DNA of 63,923 nt, filler included, from Hyphochytrium catenoides (Eukaryota; Protista; Hyphochytriomycota), in assembly GCA_900088475.1 (NCBI GenBank). It is 9 parts of 9 records of this genome, joined end to end, with 100 filler letters (N's around TTAATTAATTAA, not from the genome) between each part and the next. Parts side by side here need not be neighbours in the genome. Positions count along the whole stretch, not along the records: positions 50,818 to 52,419 come from FLMG01003626.1; positions 52,520 to 63,923 come from FLMG01001935.1; 7 more parts are not named here. The stretch is one strand, 5' to 3'. Below, one piece after another: positions 50,818 to 63,923 of the stretch. The notes below the pieces were generated by a model. The model saw nothing but the letters and a program-made list of their open reading frames with translations. It did not search any database and had not been told where the DNA came from. A program made the position numbers and the translations under genes. Position 1 is the stretch's first letter. Every line of letters starts with the position of its first letter.

Positions 50818-52419
50818 TCGCTCTTCCTCTGCTAGTGAAGAAGAAGAAGCCTGATGACGGGGAGAAGGAATAGCAGCAGTCGTCGACGTGGCAGTGGCGG
50901 GGACAACCTCATCCTCCGATGCTCTCGCTTCTTCCTCATTACCGTCATCATAGTTCCTGGACGTTTCTCCTTCTTCGTCTTCCGCCGTGGTGTTTAGATG
51001 CAGGTCCTCCTGTCCCTCGTCCTCGCTTCTATCATCCTCATCCAAGGTTTCTCTCCTTCGCTTGCCCGTCAAGGGAGGCGGCCGCGGAGGAGGAGGAGCA
51101 CCATTGGGGTTGTTTGCTCTCCGCCTCTCCGCCAGTGGCAGAGCAGTTCTACTTCCTATACCCGCGCAGGGGTCCTTGACCTTCCTCACCGTATGGAACA
51201 CCTCGAAGCAGGTCTTCTCGCCGTCACGAGCCACATTGCAGAGAGGGACTTGATCGCATTTTTCACACATCTTAGTGGTCTTGAAGCCACGTCGGGTATG
51301 ACTCTGCCTCCTGTAGCCATCTCCCTCCCCGCCATGAGATTTGCTGCAGCATACGATGCAACACAATTGCGCCGACGTACCCGGTGGCGAGCTTTGTATA
51401 GTCGCCTGCAGGGAAGGAATGAAATAGAGTGAGAAGATGTTAGCGAGCGTTCTTGATAACGGAGAGCTCGCGATAGATGGCTGATCGTCCTACCATTGCG
51501 TGAGGAGTATCAGCGTGACTTAGTCGCTTAGCAATGAGCTTAGGGTTGGTGTTATAATCTCGCATTAAGCGATACTTGCTGTGGACTTTCTGCTGCCCTG
51601 TCCGTGACAATGTAACAGGGGGCGGCGGGAGCACATTTCCGTTCGTGGGATGTTGGCCATGCATCACAACGTTGAGCTGACTCAACTGAGAAGAGTGAGC
51701 AACCTTCCCACAAAATACAGAGAACGAGCCAGCCAGAGCTTTCCTTTTTCGCTGAAAGGCTTGATAAGATATACAACGCTCATCCTCCATTAGAAACGCG
51801 TAGACCTAGAGGAGATAGAAGTATGAGTGACATGAGTGAGAGCTTTCTCCTAATCGACTAGATCACCTGCCTACCATACCTTAAAAAGTATACGGGTTTG
51901 ATGGGCGTTGTAAATGAGTGCCATAATCATTCGCATCCAGATTCTAGCTAAAGGATGGAGTTTGCCATGAATGGACTTATTATTGGCCAAAAGGCGACTG
52001 AACACGTCCACCCCACCCTTAATGCGGTTCCAAACTCCAATAAGCGTGGGAACGATATGCCTGGCAGGGGGAAGAGGCCTGCGTCTTTCCTTCACCTTCT
52101 TGGATAGTGCTTTCCATAGACTGAGCGTCTGTTTTACCGTATAAGCGTCAACCGCATGGCCCAAGTCGTGATCGCCTTGGACTAGATACTCTGGCCACTC
52201 GCCGTCGGCTTCATAAACCCAAGAGAGGTAAGTTCGCCTCAGCGAAGCCAGAGCTGAAAGATATGTCTGTACATCCTGATCATCGATCATGATGTGGACA
52301 ACTCGCAGGATTTGGCTTGATGAGGCACCAACATAGAACCAGTCCTTAAGCCCAGAGCAAGCCATGGAATGCAGAATCTGTGTCCTATAACGTACATCTG
52401 GAAGCACCTTCTTCAGCTT
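50818..52419 (-). mobile_element. PiggyBac-like transposase C-terminal region, with two spliceosomal introns and an upstream YqaJ-like segment (partial at both ends)
   Basis: PTLIGVWNRIKGGVDVFSR matches the piggyBac YNxxKGGVD motif and is followed by RIWMRMIMALIYNA. The Cys-rich tail is CIVC..KTTKMCEKCDQVPLC..CFEVFH. Phase-0 introns at 51806-51879 and 51406-51493 give a continuous frame. Confidence 0.72.
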
Positions 52420-52986
52420 NNNNNNNNNNNNNNNNNNNNNNNNNNNNNNNNNNNNNNNNNNNNTTAATTAATTAANNNNNNNNNNNNNNNNNNNNNNNNN
52501 NNNNNNNNNNNNNNNNNNNGAGAGAGAGAGAAAGAAAAGAAGAAGAAGAAGAAAGACGCAGACAGACAGACCAAAAGAAACTCAGAGTGAGAAAGATTTA
52601 GAGAGAAAGGCAAAGAGGAAAGAGAAACAGCCAGCAGGGAAGAAGACAGAATTTTTTTCATAGATATAGAGTGAAGGCAAGAGAGGGAAAAGGGAGAGAG
52701 AGTGAAGAGAGAGGTATATGTATATGTATATTTATTGAGAGAGAGAGAAGGGAGCGAGAGGGGAGAGATAGTACAGAGAGAGACGACGTCAGCAGAGGAC
52801 GAGCCAGAGAGGAAGATGCAACGGAGACTCGACGGGAAGAAAAAGAATGATAGAGAACAGAGACAGAGAGAGACAAAGACAGAGTGAGACAGGGGGAGAG
52901 ATCAGCGGGAAGAGTGAGACAGAGAGAGAGCAGCGGGAAGGGGTTGAGGGGAGAGACAGAGAGAGACACAAGAGAGAAAGTCTGAC

Positions 52987-53968
52987 CGATCCAGGGTCCA
53001 AGTTACGACAGCTGTCTTGGCTGTGACAGTGGCCGCACGAGGAGAGTCGTAGAGCAGCGCCAGCTCGCCAAAGTAATTCTTCCTGGAGCCGCCAGTCACC
53101 TGCCCAACAGGCAGAAGACGCGAAGACGAGAGAAGGAAAGAAAGAGGTGAGCGAGACGGCAGGCGGGAGAGAGAGAGAGAGAGAGAGAGAGTCAGAGAGA
53201 GAGAGAGGAGAAAGAGAGGGGGAGAGAGAGAGGGACAGAGAGAGAGACAAAGAGAAAGAGTGAGGGAAAGACAGAGAGAAGGAAAGAGAGAGAAAGAAAG
53301 AGAAGGAAGTCGAGAGAGGAACTAAGACAACCGAGTGGGAAAGAAAGAGAGGAGATGATGGAGAGAGAGAGGGAGAGAGGGTAGGGGCTCTGGAAGAGTC
53401 TGACAAAAATGAAAGAGGGAGAGAGAGAAGGACAGAGAGAGGAAGAGATAGTCTCCCTTACCGTCCCAACCACGCCCTGTCCTTTCACTGTTATCTCACA
53501 CTCTCCCTCTTCTACGATGTAAAAGAGGTTCCCTTCCTCTCCCTGCTCCATGATAATGTCTTCTCTCTCAAACTTCTCCTTCTTGCAAGCTGCAATCACA
53601 ATCTTCAGCTGCTCATCCTTCAGCGCTTGAAAGAGAATGTTGTCTCTCAAGCTTTCCGCTATGATCTCTCTCTCTTCGGCAGATTTTGGATACACTGGCG
53701 GCTCCCAGTTCTTCTCAAGTGCCAATTTCGTGGCCATGACAGTGCCTCTTCTCGCCGTTCTCATGGTCAAGGGAAGGCTAGGCAGGGACTTTTCATCCTT
53801 TTCGTCTGAAGATTCATCAGTGTCGTCTGACATTTTCGCCTCAGCCATCTTCAGGCGGTTCATCTTCACAGTGAGGGGAGTTCCATGGCTCTTAGACCCT
53901 TTCGCCTCTCTTATCTCCGATGAGCCCTCCTTCGCCTCTGCCTCTTCATCTCTAGGAGTGCGTGGCAT
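52987..53968 (-). CDS. PKAR: cAMP-dependent protein kinase regulatory subunit (3' part off the contig)
   Basis: The inhibitor site RRGTV is followed by the linker PPVYPKSAEE..ILFQAL and a cNMP-A domain: IMEQGEEGNLFYIVEEG..|FGELALLYDSPRAATVTA..WTLDR. Confidence 0.9.
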
Positions 53969-54933
53969 GCTATGCAGCTCTGATTGCGATGATCCGCAGT
54001 GGGACGGCGATGGATAACCGGTCTTTAGACCTACTCTCTCGCCGATAATCTCTTTTATGGAATCTATTCTGCCTCTTCTCCCTAAGTTTTCTCTTTGTTT
54101 CGGGTGACTCTGTCTCGCAGACTTTGTCTCCTAATACTGAAGCTCCTTCTGTCGCTTCGATAAGCTGCGAGGAAAATGATTCCTGATCATTTCTTGATAA
54201 AGACAGAGCACCGAAGAGGCACGTAAGAGACTCGACAGAGATGACGCCAACAGTGTCAAATTGCTACAAGGATGGTGAGCTCGAGTCAGATTTGATGTGA
54301 AACAGAGTACCGGCGACATTTTGAATAGCGAAGAGACAGAGCGGCCCAAAAAGCGATACAAAGCAAACGGAAACCTCAAGGCCAAAAACAGAAAATCGAG
54401 AAAACGTAGAAAATAAATGTCCTTTGAGTTTATTTGCCTTATACATTTCACAAATAAAAGATTCGCCATGACGTAAAAGGATACCAGTTGCACTTCAATC
54501 TTTTCCATCGGCCGGCCCTCTCCCTTGAAAGATACATGAAAGATAGCAAATTAAATGTGAGAGACTTTTATAGAAATACTTTACTGTCGTTGTTTATACA
54601 AATCTAGGTAAGGTCTGCGCCTCTGTCCCTACCTCTAGAGCTAATGTGGCAAGGTATTTATGTACCTATGTCGTAAATTTGGAGGGTTCCTATGATTAGT
54701 AGATAATAAATAAATCAAAATTTCTAAAACCGTTTGCTCCATAGAGAGCTGGAGCGGCCTAGAGCTAGCGAGAGAGAGAAAGAGAGAGAGAGGAGAAAGA
54801 CAGAGAAAGAGACAGAGAAAAAGACAGACATAGAGTGGGAGAGAGAGAAAGAGACGAGAGAGAGAGCAAACAGATATTTGAGAGAGAAAGAGAGATGAGA
54901 TGTTCCTAGCAAAACAATGAGCAGACAACACAA

Positions 54934-54972
<39 letters not shown>

Positions 54973-55281
54973 CGCTCTGTCTCTCTCCCTACCTTATTTC
55001 TGGTGCAAGCTCAAAAGAAGAGAGAGAAGTAGAGTCTCGAGCAGAACAGAGTCAACGTAGAAACGACAAGACCGCGAGCATGCATCAGACGGCGAGAGAG
55101 AGAGAGAGAGAAGAGAGAGAGTCCCTTTTTGCTGGAGAAGATGGAGCTTGCTTGGTGCTGCGCTTGACCTCCCTAGAAGGAATTAGATATAAGGAAGGAT
55201 AATCGCGGTCTCCGTCAGCCTCTTCTCTCTTCGCCACGCTTTATCATCCCCACTCTCTCTCTCGTCTCTCTTCTCTTTCCC

Positions 55282-55313
<32 letters not shown>

Positions 55314-55457
55314 CCTCTCTCTCTCTGTCTCTCTCTCTCTCTTTCTTTCTCTCTCTCTCTCTCTCTCTCTCTTCTCACAGACCCATACAAACATCTGCGG
55401 CGTTCTCTCCGTGCCACTCGCTCTCTCTCTCTCCTGATTGCGAGGGAGAAGAGAGAG

Positions 55458-56181
55458 ATGCTACAGGAAGAAAGCTCTGTAAAGAGAGACGGGCGCACAG
55501 TGCCAAAAAGAAAGAAGCCTCGGTCTTCCTCTCTCTCTTTTCTCTCTTCCCCAATGAACGCCTCTCGCTCTCGTACCCGCTCCTTCCAGAAGATGAGAAA
55601 GACCGGAGAGGAAGAGAAGAGAGAGGAGAAGAGAGAGTCTTCCTCTCTCTCTCTCTCTCGCTGGAACGCGGCACATTCTCGGACACACAGAGATTTTCCT
55701 GAGGAGAGAGAGAGAGAGTGGCAAGGCCCTTTCTTCTTTATTCAGCTGGGAGATACGCAGTTTGGGATGCTGGAGGCAAACGCCTCTTGGGAGAAAGACA
55801 TGGAGTTGGCTGAAAAGGCCGTAAGGCACATAAATATGTACGTCTCTTCTCTTCTCTCTCTCTCTCTCTCTCACTCTCTCTCTTAGTCATTCCTTTTTCT
55901 CTCTCTTTCACTGTCTCTCTCTTGCGCTCTCTCCCCTTTCTCTCCTTTCTCACCCCTCGCTCTATCTCTACCTTTTATTTCTCGTTGCTCTCTTTCTCTC
56001 TCTTTATCCTCTTTCTTTCACTTTATCATGGCTCTTCTTGTTCCTCTCTCTCTTCCGCGCAGTCTCTTTTCTTCTCTTAGTCTTGGATGTCTCTCTCTCC
56101 CTCTCTCTCGTTCTCATTTCTCTCCCCTCTCTCTACGCTTACTCACTTTTGCTCTCTCCCTCCCTCTCTCTCTCTCTCCCC

Positions 56182-56225
<44 letters not shown>

Positions 56226-56436
56226 CTCAAGCCTAAGTTTGTGGTAGTGTGCGGAGACCTGGTGGATATGTATCCCGAGGGCCTGCAGCCCGGCCAAGGC
56301 AACGATGAGATTCGAAGAAAACAGATTCTAGATTTCAAGCGAGTGTTTGATGGAGTCGACGCGGTAAGAAAGAGAGACAGAGAAAGACAGTGGTGCACCT
56401 TCTAATCCTTGTCAAAAGTGTGCTTTTTGCGGCGTT

Positions 56437-56493
<57 letters not shown>

Positions 56494-56719
56494 TTCCTCT
56501 TTCTTTTTTTTTGTTTATTTTATCCCTTCCGACTCGCCTACCTCCTATATCTCTGTCCCTTTCTGCACTCATCATTTTGCGCTCCCTTCTAACTCAAAAA
56601 CTCTCTCTCTCCCCCACCCCTTCTCTCCTCTCTCTCTCTCTCTTTCTTTCTTTTTCTCTCCCTTCCCTTTCTCTCTTTCTCTCTCTCTCTCCTTTCTCTC
56701 TTTGCCTCCCTCTTTCTCT

Positions 56720-56765
<46 letters not shown>

Positions 56766-56766
56766 G

Positions 56767-56798
<32 letters not shown>

Positions 56799-56874
56799 CT
56801 TCTCTCTCTCACTCTCTGTCCCTCTGTCTCTCCCTCTTCTCTCTCTCTGTCTCTCTCTCTCACTCTCTCTCTCT

Positions 56875-56909
<35 letters not shown>

Positions 56910-57838
56910 CCCTCCCTTTCTCTCTTTCCCTTTTCCTCTCCCTCTTTCTTTTGCAGTCCATCCCGCTGGTCTGCCTCTGCGGGAATCACGACGTGGGGAA
57001 CCGACCAAACTCTGTCTCGATCGCAAAGTATAAGAAAGACTTTGGAGATGATTATCTCTCCTTCTGGGCGGGAGGCTGTCGATGCATCATCCTTAACTCT
57101 AACCTCTACTCAGACCCTTCTCTCTCTCTTCCTGAGTACGAAGCACAGCACCGCTGGCTGGAGAGAGAGCTAGAGCAGTATTCTCTCTCTTCCTCTCTCT
57201 CTTCTTCTCTCTCTTCTTCTCTCTCTCCTTCTCTCTCTCCTTCTCTCTCTTCGTCTCTCTCTTCGTCTCTCTCTCCCTCATCAAGCTCCAAGCCGCAGCA
57301 TATTCTGGTATTTACCCACCATCCATGGTATTTATTCGACCCTGAAGAGGATGATAACATTCCTGGCGACTGGGCTTTTACCAATTTAGTGGGTGATACC
57401 ATCCATTTGCCTAACAGTTACTTCCACATCCCCAAATCACGGAGAATGCCTGTTCTAAACCTGTTTAAAACACACGGGGTAAAAGCGTGCTTTTCCGGTC
57501 ATTGGCATCGAAACGGAGGGCACAAGAGTGAGGGCCTTGAGATGGTAATTACCAGTGCGGTGGGAGCTCAAGCGGAAGGAACGGAGGGCTCAGGCCTAAG
57601 AATTGTTAAGGTTTTTGCGGACGGGATAAATCACAAGTATTTCCCATTTGCAGAGGTGCCGTCTCAGGTGTCTCTCATCGAAGAGAGGAGAGACGAGTGG
57701 ACTCTCTCTCCTTCTCTCTCTCTCTCTTCGTCCTCAAACAAGCCCGACGTGAGAGAAAAGGACAACTCCAAAAAGGAGAGAAAGAGACAGAAGACGAAAG
57801 ATGGAAAAAGAGCAGACACTCCACAGGACACGACCTAG
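55458..57838 (+). CDS. CPPED1: Calcineurin-like metallophosphoesterase CPPED1
   Basis: The spliced product reads EWQGPFFFIQLGDTQFG..|LKPKFVVVCGDLVD..|IPLVCLCGNHDVGNRP..FGDDYLSFW..FTHHPW..YFHIP..FSGHWHRN..VITSAVG. The start codon is 55458 or 55554. Confidence 0.92.
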
Positions 57839-58429
57839 CCGGGCGGGCAGAAAGTGACGGCATTGCTTCTGTTCATCTCCTTCCTCCCATCTTTCTCTCT
57901 CTCTCTCTCTCGATGGCGAGAACTCAGGCCAAAACAGGAGGTACCGTGGAATAGGAACGGAGAAGGGTCTAAAAGAAAAAGAAAGAAGAGTGATGGTGCT
58001 AGATGCACTCACGAGGAAAGATTTTATCTATTTGTCGGCATAGACGTCTCTCTCTTTCTCATGTTAGCACTCTTTCTTGCCCCTTTCTCTCTCTCTTCCT
58101 CTCTCTCCTCTCCGGACATAGTTTTTCCTGCCATCTACGTACATATTCTTGTATCTCCGCTTATCTCTCTAACCCGCTAGAGACAGACACAATGTATTTT
58201 TATGAGAGTAAGCGCTCTTGCTCTGCTGAGGTTTTTCCATCTTCTTGTTACTCTTTCTTTGTACGGCTTCTCTCTAGATCTCTCTCTCTCCTTTCCTTTC
58301 TCTCTGCTGGTTGGTTATCCCCCCTAATCCTGACTCTCTCTTGGTTGACCTGATTGTCTCTTTCTCTCTCTATCCCTCTCTTTCTTGGCTCCCTCTCTCT
58401 CTCTTGCCTTTCAATAGTCTGCTGGAGTT

Positions 58430-63875
<5,446 letters not shown>

Positions 63876-63923
63876 AAGAGAGAGAGAGAACCAACGTGTA
63901 GGAAGGAAGACAGAGAGAGAGAG

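Noticed and set aside
31071-52519. Repeated TTAATTAATTAA flanked by N, which could be read as a biological repeat or as piggyBac TTAA target sites
   Set aside because: These are identical artificial six-frame-stop linkers. Adjacency across them has no biological meaning.

Overview
This is eukaryotic nuclear DNA, probably from a flagellated stramenopile-like protist (inferred from gene content). It is intron-rich, and the introns carry (CT)n/(GA)n microsatellites that are pyrimidine-rich on the sense strand, so most SLSL/RERE ORFs in the track are spurious. The window is not one locus. It is nine pieces joined by artificial 100-nt N-TTAATTAATTAA-N linkers. Piece 1 (1-31070) is gene-dense: a PH-domain protein, a TMEM237-like protein, a WW-WH2-WH2-coiled-coil protein, COG2, a WSS1 protease, a putative mitochondrial membrane protein, a lipoate-protein ligase and an ankyrin protein. 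Piece 2 holds a small secreted protein and a multi-CXXC/C2H2/FHA protein. Piece 3 holds a disrupted ~760-codon intronless secreted/membrane ORF and a tandem repeat containing telomere motifs. Later pieces hold a decayed Copia gag, the C-terminus of cytoplasmic dynein-1 heavy chain, a CREST/ceramidase-like gene, a spliced piggyBac-like transposase with an apparent YqaJ-like nuclease segment, a PKA regulatory subunit, CPPED1 and a PX-domain AGC kinase. The best candidates for new biology are the YqaJ/piggyBac hybrid transposase, the VASP-like WW-WH2x2-trimer-coil actin regulator, the CXXCx3-C2H2-FHA chromatin reader and a recurrent TGAAGCTTCA upstream palindrome. All exon models were assembled by eye and need RNA-seq confirmation.
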